64,000 nt of DNA from Bacteroidota bacterium. GTDB lineage: Bacteria; Bacteroidota; Bacteroidia; SXHM01. The stretch is taken from contig CANJWH010000001.1 of NCBI GenBank assembly GCA_947478465.1, positions 27,447 through 91,446 of the forward strand, in the 5' to 3' direction. The notes under the pieces are model-generated. The model saw nothing but the letters and a program-made list of their open reading frames with translations. It did not search any database and was not told the DNA's origin. Each line of letters opens with the position of its first letter. Position 1 is the first letter of the stretch. A program made the position numbers and the translations under genes. Shown here piece by piece: positions 49,459 to 58,848 of this stretch.

Positions 49459-52400
49459 ATGATTAAGAGTTTAGAAAAGAAAATCTACGACTGGTCTAAA
49501 GACAGGCTCTTAATAACCGACAACATAGCTTTATACAGATTCTACCTTGCGGCAGTATTTGTTCTTGTTCCCTTTTTCACAATTCTTCTTTACGATGGCA
49601 AAATCTTGCCTATATATTCCAATATTTTTGCATCACTTGCTTCGGGATTAATACTTTTTATCAGTTATAAATCTGAAAAAGTAAAGAATAATCTTAGAGA
49701 TATTATTCACCTTCTTTTTTATAGTCTGGCGGTTTATATTTCAACTCTGGCTTATTATACAAACTATACACTCGAGTTTTCTTTTGGTTTACTGGCAATG
49801 CTATTGTTCAGCGAAATGATTATTGATACAACCAAAAGACTTTTTTGGTTTAGTGTTCCTGTTATTGTCTACAACACAGTATTATTAAGTCTTTCAGATG
49901 CAACACACATCAAAACTATATATATAATTTGTGCATTGGTAGTATTTTCTTTGTTTGTATATTTTGTTTTGCTCACCAAGATTAAATTACAAAAATCACT
50001 GGAAGAAAGCGAGAAAAAATTCAGAACAGTTATTAGTTTAAGCCCTGTAATAATCTGGGGAATTGATAAAAACGGAATAATTACTATTTCGGAAGGAAAA
50101 GGTTTAAAGTCACTTGGATATAAAGCAGGCGAAATTGTGGGCAAATCTGTGTTTGATATTAATAAAGATTTACCCGAAGCTCTCACCAACATAAAAAGAG
50201 CTTTGTCTGGAGAAACATTTGCTGCCGCTTTATGGATAGCTGATGCTTATTTGGAAACATGGTACAATCCGGTGATGGACGAAAACGGAGAGTTTGCCGG
50301 AGTTATAGGAGTAACTACTGATATTACAGAGAGAAAAATATCAGAACAGAAAATTTTACAGAACGAAGAAAAATTCCGCCTTCTTTTTTCAAAAGCGAAT
50401 GATTCGATTTTCATTATGGATAATGAAATATTTATTGATTGTAATGAAAAAACCAAGATAATGTATGGTTGTGAAGAAAAAGAGATTCTTGGAAAAACAC
50501 CGTTCTTTTTTTCGCCCGAAAAACAACCTGACGGAAGAGATTCTGCAGAAAAAAGCAAAGAAAAAATTAGTGCAGTACTTGAAGGAAAACCACAATTTTT
50601 TTATTGGAAACATAAAACAAAAAACGGAACCCTGTTTGATGCAGAAGTAAGCCTTAATCCTTTTAAAATTGATGGAAAAACACTTATTCAGGCTATTGTT
50701 CGCGACATCAGTGATAGAAAGGAAGCTGAGCGATTAATTAAAGAAAGCGAAGAGCGGTTCCGCCTACTTTCTGAGGCTACAATGGAAGGAATTGTAACTA
50801 TCGAAAACGGAATAATAGTAGATGCAAATGATCAGTATGCGCGCTTACATGGATTTATTAACAAAGAAGAAGTAGTAGGCAAAAAGATAGAAGGGTTTAT
50901 TACCCCTGACTTTATTGATATTGCTCAACACAATTTAGACAGCGGTTATCATCGTCCTTTTGTTATTAAAGCGCTTAAACGAGACGGCTCTGCGTTTACA
51001 GTAGAGGTTCGCGGACAAACCATTCCATGGTATGGAAAGACTATAAAAATTGCAACATTTACGGATATAACCGAACGCATAAGCTATGAGAATGAGTTGC
51101 GCGAAAGTCAGGAACGTTACCGTAATCATATAGAATCCTTGCCCGATGGAATTTTGATTATTGAAAACAACAAAGTGGTTTTTGCTAATGCAAGTGCCCT
51201 AAAAATACTGGGAACAACAAGCGCAAAAATTAAGCGTTCGGCACTTAGTGATTTTGTTTTACCTGAATACAAAAAAGAATATGAAAAGCTTTTTTCTAGC
51301 GTTCGGGATGACAAAGCCACAGAGTTTATTGAAATAAAAATAAGGCGCCACCTCGACAATAAAATTGCTGACATACAAGCCAACGGACGTCTTGTTAAAT
51401 TTAAAGGAGAGGAATCAATACAACTAGTTGTAAGCGATATTTCAACGCGTAAAGCGTTGGCCAGGGAACAAATGCGCGCGCAGATTGCTGAAGAAACAAA
51501 TTTACAATTACAGCGCGAAATTGTTGAGCGCAAGAAAACACAAACAAAACTGGCCACAACACAAAAATTCAACAAGAGTATCATTGAAAGCTCTTTGGAT
51601 ATGATTGTTGCAACGGATATAGATAGCCGTATTAACGAATTTAATATTGCCGCCCAAAAAACTTTTGGCTACAATAGAGAAGAGGTAATAGGGAAGCCGG
51701 TTTCTATTATTTATGCTGATGAAGAAGAATATAAACAGGTGCAGGATGTTTTACATAAAGAGGGCGTGTGTGCTCAGGAGATAGTTAACAAACGTAAAGA
51801 CGGCTCTTTGTTTATTTCATTTTTATCTGCTTCAACTCTTAAAGATGAAGACGGAAAAGTGTTTGGGGCAATGGGTGTTTCGCGTGATATTACTGCAGCA
51901 AAAAAAGCGGAAGAAGAATTAAGATTAAGCGAAGAACGCCATCGTGCGGTTTACGACCAGGCTTATATAGGTATTGCTCGTATTGGAAGGGTGGGTAGAT
52001 TCTTATTGGTAAACCAACGTCTGTGTGATATGTTTGGATACGCTTCTGAAGAGCTATACAAAAAAGCATTCTTTGAATTAACACACCCATCAGAAGTAGG
52101 AGAGAGCCTGAAAAAATGGGATGCTTTGTTAAGTGGCGAAATAAAAAATTTCACTTCAGAACAAATTTATCTGCACAAAAACGGTTCGCAGATTTATGCA
52201 AACCTTACGGTTTCGTTGGTGCGCGACACAACCGGTTCCCCCAACTATTATGTTGCCGTATTTGAAGATATAACTGTGCGCAAGCAACAGGAAAAAGAAT
52301 TGCAGGAATCTCTGAAAGAAAAAGAGGTGCTTCTGAAAGAAGTGCACCATCGCGTGAAAAATAATATGCAGGTTATATCCAGTATATTAAATCTGCAATC

Positions 52401-52920
52401 GTCATATATAAAAGACGAAGCGGCTATTGAAATGTTGAAAGAAAGTCAGGACAGAATAAAGTCAATGGCTTTTATTCACGAGAGCTTGTATCAGGGAAAA
52501 AATCTTTCGCATGTTAAGTTCTCTGAATATGTTCGCAACCTTGTGGGCAACCTTTTCCATACCTACGGCATAAATAAAAAAGGATTAAAGCTCAAGTTTG
52601 ATTTAGATGAAGTGTTCCTGAATTTGGATACTTCTATTCCATGTGGCTTAATACTCAATGAACTTATTTCAAACGCCCTTAAATATGCATTTATTGATAG
52701 AGGGGCCGGGACACTTTCTGTAACGTTGAAAAAATTAGATGGAGGAAAATTAAAGCTTGAAATAGCTGATGATGGAAAAGGTTTCCCAAAAGAAATCAAT
52801 TGGAAAGATACAGAATCACTTGGCCTGCAATTAGTGGTAACACTTGCCGGACAAATACGTGGCGATATTCAAATGGAAACAAAAAAAGGAACTACATTTA
52901 CCATCGTTTTTAACGAATAA
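49459..52920 (+). CDS. Membrane multi-PAS sensor histidine kinase (HisKA_2/HWE-type)
   Basis: 1153 aa. About 6 N-terminal TM helices, at least 5 PAS-like modules, H-box HHRVKNNMQVISSILNLQ, C-terminal HATPase_c. Confidence 0.85.
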   Translation: MIKSLEKKIYDWSKDRLLITDNIALYRFYLAAVFVLVPFFTILLYDGKILPIYSNIFASLASGLILFISYKSEKVKNNLRDIIHLLFYSLAVYISTLAYYTNYTLEFSFGLLAMLLFSEMIIDTTKRLFWFSVPVIVYNTVLLSLSDATHIKTIYIICALVVFSLFVYFVLLTKIKLQKSLEESEKKFRTVISLSPVIIWGIDKNGIITISEGKGLKSLGYKAGEIVGKSVFDINKDLPEALTNIKRALSGETFAAALWIADAYLETWYNPVMDENGEFAGVIGVTTDITERKISEQKILQNEEKFRLLFSKANDSIFIMDNEIFIDCNEKTKIMYGCEEKEILGKTPFFFSPEKQPDGRDSAEKSKEKISAVLEGKPQFFYWKHKTKNGTLFDAEVSLNPFKIDGKTLIQAIVRDISDRKEAERLIKESEERFRLLSEATMEGIVTIENGIIVDANDQYARLHGFINKEEVVGKKIEGFITPDFIDIAQHNLDSGYHRPFVIKALKRDGSAFTVEVRGQTIPWYGKTIKIATFTDITERISYENELRESQERYRNHIESLPDGILIIENNKVVFANASALKILGTTSAKIKRSALSDFVLPEYKKEYEKLFSSVRDDKATEFIEIKIRRHLDNKIADIQANGRLVKFKGEESIQLVVSDISTRKALAREQMRAQIAEETNLQLQREIVERKKTQTKLATTQKFNKSIIESSLDMIVATDIDSRINEFNIAAQKTFGYNREEVIGKPVSIIYADEEEYKQVQDVLHKEGVCAQEIVNKRKDGSLFISFLSASTLKDEDGKVFGAMGVSRDITAAKKAEEELRLSEERHRAVYDQAYIGIARIGRVGRFLLVNQRLCDMFGYASEELYKKAFFELTHPSEVGESLKKWDALLSGEIKNFTSEQIYLHKNGSQIYANLTVSLVRDTTGSPNYYVAVFEDITVRKQQEKELQESLKEKEVLLKEVHHRVKNNMQVISSILNLQSSYIKDEAAIEMLKESQDRIKSMAFIHESLYQGKNLSHVKFSEYVRNLVGNLFHTYGINKKGLKLKFDLDEVFLNLDTSIPCGLILNELISNALKYAFIDRGAGTLSVTLKKLDGGKLKLEIADDGKGFPKEINWKDTESLGLQLVVTLAGQIRGDIQMETKKGTTFTIVFNE

Positions 52921-52932
52921 AAAATACCAGAC

Positions 52933-53685
52933 ATGTCGAAAATTAACATTCTTGTGGTGGAAGACGAAAGCATTGTTGCTAAAGATATTCAGAATAGCCT
53001 CCGCAAACTTGGTTATAATGTGCCGCTAACAATTTCTTCGGGCGAAGAAGCTATTGTTGCTGCAGAAGAACATAAACCGGATTTAGTATTAATGGATATT
53101 ATGCTGAAAGGCGAACTCAGTGGTATAGAAGCTGCCGACCAGATACGCCAACGCTTTCAAATTCCGGTTATTTATCTTACAGCTTATGCAGATGAAAGCA
53201 CACTGGCTAAAGCAAAAATCACAGAACCTTATGGCTATATCATTAAACCGTTTAAGGAAATTGATTTACATACCACCATTGAAATGGCGCTTTATAAACA
53301 TGGTAAAGAAGCGCAGGTTAGAAAAGAACGTGACTTGTATTCCTCCATTGTTCGTGACACCAATTCAAACGATTCTATTTTTGTAAAATCAAACTCTCGT
53401 TTGGTAAAAGTAAAATTAGCCGATATCATGTATGTTGAGGCGCTGAAAGATTATGTGATCATTCACTGTGTTGGTGCAAAATACACCATACACTCCACCA
53501 TGAAAGATATTCAGGAAAACCTGCAGGATAAGGAGTTTATTCGCGTACACCGTTCTTTTATAGTGCGCATTGATAAAATAGCTGCTATTGATTACCCCAA
53601 CCTGGTAATGGAAGATGATAAAAAACACATTCCTATTGGTGGGTCGTACAAAGATGATTTAACAAATCGGTTAAAATTTGTTTAA
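52933..53685 (+). CDS. LytTR-family two-component response regulator
   Basis: 250 aa. REC domain (phospho-Asp context LVLMDIML) plus a C-terminal LytTR DNA-binding domain. Confidence 0.85.
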   Translation: MSKINILVVEDESIVAKDIQNSLRKLGYNVPLTISSGEEAIVAAEEHKPDLVLMDIMLKGELSGIEAADQIRQRFQIPVIYLTAYADESTLAKAKITEPYGYIIKPFKEIDLHTTIEMALYKHGKEAQVRKERDLYSSIVRDTNSNDSIFVKSNSRLVKVKLADIMYVEALKDYVIIHCVGAKYTIHSTMKDIQENLQDKEFIRVHRSFIVRIDKIAAIDYPNLVMEDDKKHIPIGGSYKDDLTNRLKFV

Positions 53686-53705
53686 ATATTCCCAAGCATT
53701 TAGTT

Positions 53706-53740
53706 CAACGCCTGCGGAATTTCCTGCGGGCGTTGTTGTT
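53706..53740 (+). terminator. Intrinsic terminator after the LytTR regulator
   Basis: caacgcctgcgg-aatttc-ctgcgggcgttg: 12-bp stem, then a T-rich tract. Confidence 0.55.
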
Positions 53741-53742
53741 TA

Positions 53743-53750
53743 TATATTTG
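53743..53750 (+). promoter_or_regulatory. Candidate -7 box TATATTTG for the tRNA-Arg gene
   Basis: TAnnTTTG match 9 nt upstream of the tRNA 5' end. Confidence 0.4.
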
Positions 53751-53759
53751 TCGAAAATT

Positions 53760-53831
53760 GGTCCTGTAGTACAACGGATAGTATGGGGGTTTCCGAAACC
53801 CTTGATCCAGGTTCGATTCCTGGCGGGACCA
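53760..53831 (+). tRNA. tRNA-Arg (anticodon CCG)
   Basis: Manual cloverleaf: acceptor ggtcctg/cgggacc, D-stem gtac/gtat, anticodon stem ggggt/accct, loop ttCCGaa, T-arm ccagg-ttcgatt-cctgg. 72 nt; CCA not encoded. Confidence 0.85.
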
Positions 53832-53835
53832 CAAA

Positions 53836-54045
53836 TTAAGCAGCCTTTTTATCCGAAACCTGATTAAAAGCAAAGTTTGAGATGGTTGCAGTGTAGGTAG
53901 CATGCTCCACTGTCATGCTTACTATGTTTTTATCTGCATCCATATCTACAATAACGTTTTCAGAAATATCTTTAGTTTCTTCCACCTTATTACTATTGAA
54001 AGTAACCAGCAAGGTATCTGTGTCTTTAAAATAGGTTATAGTCAT
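53836..54045 (-). CDS. DUF2283-family small protein (antitoxin-like partner)
   Basis: 69 aa. YFKDTDTLLVTF…ENVIVDMDADKNIVSMTVEHA matches the DUF2283 pattern (Y-D-x-D-x-L-x-I…gvilDyde-G-l-GiEi). Confidence 0.7.
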   Translation of the reverse strand: MTITYFKDTDTLLVTFNSNKVEETKDISENVIVDMDADKNIVSMTVEHATYTATISNFAFNQVSDKKAA

Positions 54046-54047
54046 AA

Positions 54048-54290
54048 TTAATCCTTTTTTAGTTTAAACGAACTGTCAAAAAAAGCGTTGTGTATAGTTT
54101 CCTTATCTTCTAAAATAATAACACGTAAAAATTTATTGGCTTCTTCTATAAAAGCCCATCTTCTTATCCTTCCATCCGACTGAAGTTCTTCATAATCGGG
54201 TTTATTAAATGTTTGTTCAATCCATTCTGCTTTTATTCCTGCCCTGTCGCTCCTTTGCTTTGTGAAATAAAAATACTCAGTAAATTTCAT
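54048..54290 (-). CDS. DUF4258-family small protein (toxin-like partner)
   Basis: 80 aa. RIRRWAFIEEANKFLRVIILEDKETIHNAFFD matches the DUF4258 signature. Confidence 0.75.
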   Translation of the reverse strand: MKFTEYFYFTKQRSDRAGIKAEWIEQTFNKPDYEELQSDGRIRRWAFIEEANKFLRVIILEDKETIHNAFFDSSFKLKKD

Positions 54291-54399
54291 TCACGCAAAA
54301 ATAGTATTTTTTATAATTTGTCTGATATGAATATGTTGCTACCCTATAGAAGAGCTCTTGTTTTTCTACTACTTTCGCACCACTAAAAAACCACAAAAC

Positions 54400-56208
54400 A
54401 TGAGCACAGAACTACTAAAAGGCGGAGAATTCATTATCAAAGAAACCGATTACAACAACATTTTTGTTGCCGAAGAATGGAATGAAGAACAACTCATGAT
54501 TCGTGACATGGTGAAGGATTTCTGCATGAAAGAAATTCATGGAATGGGAATAGAAAAAGCCGCTTCTCTGGATGCATCCAAAGATATGGATGTAATTGTT
54601 GGGCTGCTCGAAAAGTCGGCCGAGTTAGGTCTTTGCGGGCTTTCAATTGATGCCGAATATGGTGGAATGGATCTGGATTTCAACACAGGACTTTTGTTTG
54701 GCGAAGCTATTGCGTTAGGTTTTTCGTTTGCTACAACCATTGGCGCACAAACATCTATTGGCTCACTACCTATTGTGTTTTACGGAACAAAAGAACAGAA
54801 ACAAAAATACCTTCCGGGCATTGCCACAGCAAAACTAAAAGCATCATATTGCCTTACTGAACCTACATCCGGCTCTGATGCTAATTCTGCAAAAACAAAA
54901 GCTACACTATCTGCTGACGGAAAACACTATCTGCTTAACGGGCAAAAAATGTGGATTACCAACGGAGGCTTTGCTGATATTTTTATTGTGTTTGCAAAAA
55001 TTGAAGACGATGAAAATCTTTCTGCTTTTATAGTGGAGAAAAATTTTGGAGGCATACAGTTAGGTAAAGAAGAAAAGAAGTTGGGCATCAAAGGTTCATC
55101 TACTGTTCAGGTGTTTTTCAATGATTGCAAAGTGCCGGTAGAAAATTTATTATCTGAACGCGGTGCGGGATTTAAAATTGCACTGAACATCTTAAATACA
55201 GGTAGAATAAAACTATCGGCCGGTTCAGTAGGTGGTTCTAAGTTTGCAATTGGTCGCGCTGTAGTGTATGCAAATGAACGTTATCAATTCAAAAAACCCA
55301 TAAGTGATTTTGGGGCTATGAAATATAAAATCGGTGAAATGATTATGCGCGTTGTAGCCACCGAATCTGCCGTTTACCGCACCGGAAATTACATAGACCG
55401 TAAACAAAAGGAATTTGAAGCGCAGGGAATTGAAAAGAGTGAAGCAAAGCTAAAAGCAGTCAGAGAATATGCTGTTGAGTGTGCGATTTTAAAAGTCTAT
55501 GGTTCAGAAGTATTGGACTATACGGTTGATGAAGCTTTGCAAATTCACGGAGGAATGGGTTATGCTGTTGAAACCGGTGTTGAGATGGGTTACCGCGATG
55601 CGCGCATTACCCGAATTTACGAAGGCACCAATGAAATCAACCGCATGTTAGCTATTGCAGAATTGATGAAACGTTCATTTCAAAGCAAAGAGATAAACTT
55701 ACTTGAAGGCGGAAAGAAATTGCCAGGATTTTTGTTCATGCAAACACTTCCGTTAAAAAGCAAAGCGGGTTTTGACGAAGAAAGAAGAATAGTGCAAGGC
55801 CTTAAAAATGCATTCCTGCTTATTTCAGGTTCAGCAGGAAACAAACTAAAATTAAAGCTGGTTGACGAGCAGGAAATAATAATGAATATGGCAGACATGC
55901 TTGCTGAAGTATATATTGCAGAGTCATTGTTGCTGCGCGTTCAAAAACTTACAGCAAAGAAAGATGTTGATAAAGAACAATTAGAAGTGATGAAAAAACT
56001 GTTAAGGCTTTTCTTGTACGAGGCTTTAGCTAAAGTTCGCAAAACAGGACAAGAGGCTATTGCCAGCTATGCAACAGGTGCTGAAAAAAGTCTGATGACC
56101 GGTTTGCTGAAAATGCTTACACCTAAATTTGATGTCAACCCAAAAGATTTACGCAGAGCGGTTGCTGAGTATGCAATTAAGAAAAACGGATACCCGTTTA
56201 TTGGGTAA
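54400..56208 (+). CDS. Acyl-CoA dehydrogenase family protein (long form)
   Basis: Roughly 600 aa. ACAD middle and C-terminal domain motifs (…YCLTEPTSGSDANSAKTKA…, …QIHGGMGY…). Start trimmed to MSTELLKGG. Confidence 0.85.
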   Translation: MSTELLKGGEFIIKETDYNNIFVAEEWNEEQLMIRDMVKDFCMKEIHGMGIEKAASLDASKDMDVIVGLLEKSAELGLCGLSIDAEYGGMDLDFNTGLLFGEAIALGFSFATTIGAQTSIGSLPIVFYGTKEQKQKYLPGIATAKLKASYCLTEPTSGSDANSAKTKATLSADGKHYLLNGQKMWITNGGFADIFIVFAKIEDDENLSAFIVEKNFGGIQLGKEEKKLGIKGSSTVQVFFNDCKVPVENLLSERGAGFKIALNILNTGRIKLSAGSVGGSKFAIGRAVVYANERYQFKKPISDFGAMKYKIGEMIMRVVATESAVYRTGNYIDRKQKEFEAQGIEKSEAKLKAVREYAVECAILKVYGSEVLDYTVDEALQIHGGMGYAVETGVEMGYRDARITRIYEGTNEINRMLAIAELMKRSFQSKEINLLEGGKKLPGFLFMQTLPLKSKAGFDEERRIVQGLKNAFLLISGSAGNKLKLKLVDEQEIIMNMADMLAEVYIAESLLLRVQKLTAKKDVDKEQLEVMKKLLRLFLYEALAKVRKTGQEAIASYATGAEKSLMTGLLKMLTPKFDVNPKDLRRAVAEYAIKKNGYPFIG

Positions 56209-56581
56209 TTGCTGTTACTTCTATTTCCACTACTAAATCAGGGTCGATAAGCGCTGTTACTTCAACCAAAGTTGCAGCGGGTTTTATTTCCCTGAAAAAT
56301 TCTCCGTGCGCTTTACCAACTTCTTCCCATTTTGAAATATCGGTAACAAATATGCGCGTGCGAACCACATCATTTAAGGTTGCGTCTGCTTCATTTAAAG
56401 CGGTTTCAATTTTTTGAATGATATATTTTGTTTGTTCATAAGCATTGCCCGGGGAAATTATTCTTTCTCCTTCAGTTGCAGTTGTTCCGGCTACCTCAAT
56501 AATGTTTCCAACCCTAACAGCGCGACTATACCCAACAATATTCTCCCACTTTGTACCCGAAGAAATGTTTTGTCTACTCAT
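56198..56581 (-). CDS. RidA/YjgF-family reactive-intermediate deaminase
   Basis: 127 aa. Characteristic YjgF C-terminus (…RTRIFVTDISKWEEVGKAHGEFF…PAATLVEVTALIDPDLVVEIE). Confidence 0.85.
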   Translation of the reverse strand: MSRQNISSGTKWENIVGYSRAVRVGNIIEVAGTTATEGERIISPGNAYEQTKYIIQKIETALNEADATLNDVVRTRIFVTDISKWEEVGKAHGEFFREIKPAATLVEVTALIDPDLVVEIEVTAITQ

Positions 56582-56844
56582 TTTTTATCGCTGTTGCTTT
56601 GTTTAATTTCCCTTGCAATGGTTGAAAAATATTCCACTTCTCCCTTTTCGTTTTTATGTGCAATAATTACCTGCGAAACCGGTATTTCCTTTCCTTCTAA
56701 TGTAAGCAAAGCGGTTTCGCCTCTCCAAATTCCATGCTTTACAGAATAAGGAATGGCCTCATCAGCAATGTATCGAACAGCCCAGCCCGGTTGCAAATCC
56801 TTAATCTTTAATTTGTCTTTATCTAACTCGTCTGAATATACCAA
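56578..56844 (-). CDS. Hypothetical 88-aa protein
   Basis: Small ORF coupled to RidA (ATGA overlap). No recognised motif; its start overlaps the REC gene end. Confidence 0.4.
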   Translation of the reverse strand: MVYSDELDKDKLKIKDLQPGWAVRYIADEAIPYSVKHGIWRGETALLTLEGKEIPVSQVIIAHKNEKGEVEYFSTIAREIKQSNSDKK

Positions 56845-57430
56845 GCATTTTTTTACCTGCAGAATTAATGTACTGGCTTACATAGTCAGTTCCTGAAATA
56901 CCAACAAAGTCAGATGTAGATTCTAAAATGGTATTAAGTAGTTGGCTGCGTTTAAGTAAAAAATCTAACTGTTGTGCGCGATGCTTAAGTTCTATTTCGT
57001 TTTTACGCAACTCTTCAAGTGCAGCGTCTTTTTCATTTTGTATTTCTCTTTTTTTCAATACAGCATTAATTGCGTGAGGCAGGCGCTTAAGATTATTTTT
57101 CATTACATAATCATCAACCCCCTGCTTCAAAAATTCAATAACAACATCTTCTGACAATTCGCCAGAAATCAAAATAAAAGGAATATCAAGATTTTCCAAT
57201 TCAAGCAACTTAAATGCATGAAGGGCATTAAAACCCGGAAGACTGTAGTCTGCAATAATAATGTGTGGTCGAAATGCCTGAACCTGTGGAATAAAGTCGT
57301 GTCGCGAAGAATGAACATGAGCCTCAAACAGCATTTCCGACAGAGTTAATTCTTCCAGCATAATATCTGCATCTGCCGGAATATCTTCTAATATAAAAAC
57401 CCTGTATTTTTTATTACTCATTACTGCCAT
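56819..57430 (-). CDS. Single-domain response regulator (REC) with C-terminal coiled-coil extension
   Basis: REC features (ILEDIP…IIIADYSLPG…). No DNA-binding output domain. Start trimmed to MAVMSNKKY. Confidence 0.7.
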   Translation of the reverse strand: MAVMSNKKYRVFILEDIPADADIMLEELTLSEMLFEAHVHSSRHDFIPQVQAFRPHIIIADYSLPGFNALHAFKLLELENLDIPFILISGELSEDVVIEFLKQGVDDYVMKNNLKRLPHAINAVLKKREIQNEKDAALEELRKNEIELKHRAQQLDFLLKRSQLLNTILESTSDFVGISGTDYVSQYINSAGKKMLGIFRRVR

Positions 57431-57435
57431 AAAGA

Positions 57436-57468
57436 TAAAAAAAGCCCGCGAATTCACGCGGGCTTTTT
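57436..57468. terminator. Bidirectional terminator between the HATPase-only gene and the REC gene
   Basis: aaaaaaagcccgcg-aattca-cgcgggcttttt. Confidence 0.6.
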
Positions 57469-57494
57469 CGTTTAATAACATTGAAAAATAATAT

Positions 57495-58085
57495 CTATGT
57501 TACAGAGCCTACAGGTATATTAACTTTCAGAGTGAAATAAGATTTCTTGTCGCTCAGTTTACGAAAGTCGTATTCAAATTTATTGGATGATTTGCGAGTT
57601 ATATCTAGTAAACCTAAACCAGCCCCGCCTTTATCGCTAAACTCCATATTAGACATGAGTTCTTTGTACTTATCTCTTATTTCATCAGGATTCAAATTGT
57701 TAATATGTTCAAGCTTTTCTTTCAAATATGCTGTTTTCTCATTATCCATCATATTTCCGGTGATAATAAAGAAGCTTGTTTCGTTTCTTCCAATAAGCAA
57801 AATAGAAGATTCGTGGTCTTTACCTTTTTCGGGTTCGGCATGCCGACTCACATTTTGTAAGCACTCTACCAAAACATTAAAAACCTTTTTCTTTATTTTT
57901 TTCTCCTCGTCAAAACCAATCATCTTTGAGTCGACCATAGCAATAAGCTGGTCAGAGGTTTCCTCATTAATATTATCTTTATAGGCAAGCAGCAGTTGGT
58001 TTTCAACCATCATGCGCTCAATACCATATATCTGGTCAACAAGTTTAAAATACTTGTTGTTTTCGGGGGTGTTCTGTGTGGGCAT
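57495..58085 (-). CDS. Stand-alone HATPase_c (GHKL) domain protein, putative Ser/Thr kinase (RsbW/SiaB-like)
   Basis: 196 aa. N-box-like LQNVSRHA and G2-box GGAGLGLLDI. No HisKA or sensor domain. Confidence 0.55.
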   Translation of the reverse strand: MPTQNTPENNKYFKLVDQIYGIERMMVENQLLLAYKDNINEETSDQLIAMVDSKMIGFDEEKKIKKKVFNVLVECLQNVSRHAEPEKGKDHESSILLIGRNETSFFIITGNMMDNEKTAYLKEKLEHINNLNPDEIRDKYKELMSNMEFSDKGGAGLGLLDITRKSSNKFEYDFRKLSDKKSYFTLKVNIPVGSVT

Positions 58086-58187
58086 ACAGAAAACGATTAT
58101 GTTAACTCGGCACTAAAATAACTTATAATATCGACACCATAACGTTATTTATCTAAATAATGTTACGACACTTATTTATCTGCAATA

Positions 58188-58838
58188 TTAAAAACCTGGA
58201 ACTGCGTAAAAGAAAACCGCAAAATAATGAAGTATGCTTCCTGCCAAAACAAACAGGTGCCAAATACTGTGACTAAAGGGCAAAGTCTTCCATTTGTAAA
58301 AGATAAGACCTGACATATAAAAGAAGCCGCCAAGAGAAATTAAAATCAATCCACCTGTTTGTATGTGCTCCACAGCAGGACCGTAGAAGAAAATAAACAA
58401 CCAAGCCATAAACACATATAAAGATGTTGAAAGTGTTTCAAATCGTCCCGTAAAAAAAAGCTTGAAAATAATTCCTCCAACAGCCATTGCAGCCATTATA
58501 ACAGCAAAGGTTAATCCTCCGCTGTGTTTCAGATTCACAAATAGAAAAGGCATATAAGAACCAGCTATAAGAATATAAATAGCCGCATGGTCAAACACCC
58601 GCAATTTAAGTTTTACGTGGGGCTTGTGAAAACTATGATATAGCGTTGAAGCTGTGTAAAGAATAATCAACGAACCTCCGAATATACTTACCGCAACTAA
58701 ATGAGAAAACTCGTCAAGCCCAACCGAACGGTATAGTAAAGCTACAAGTCCGATAATGCTAAGAACTAAACCAGCTCCATGGGTAAGACTGTTTACCAGT
58801 TCTTCGTTTTTTGTTTGTGGATGGTCGTTTAGTCTCAT
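58188..58838 (-). CDS. Hemolysin III / PAQR-family membrane protein
   Basis: 216 aa, 7 TM helices. N-terminal EELVNSLTHGAGLVLSIIG motif. Confidence 0.85.
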   Translation of the reverse strand: MRLNDHPQTKNEELVNSLTHGAGLVLSIIGLVALLYRSVGLDEFSHLVAVSIFGGSLIILYTASTLYHSFHKPHVKLKLRVFDHAAIYILIAGSYMPFLFVNLKHSGGLTFAVIMAAMAVGGIIFKLFFTGRFETLSTSLYVFMAWLFIFFYGPAVEHIQTGGLILISLGGFFYMSGLIFYKWKTLPFSHSIWHLFVLAGSILHYFAVFFYAVPGF

Positions 58839-58848
58839 TGATGTGAAC

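Noticed and set aside
53760-53831. Possible tmRNA or other structured ncRNA near the tRNA
   Set aside because: The only convincing fold is the 72-nt tRNA-Arg cloverleaf. The flanking sequence is a terminator and a -7 box.
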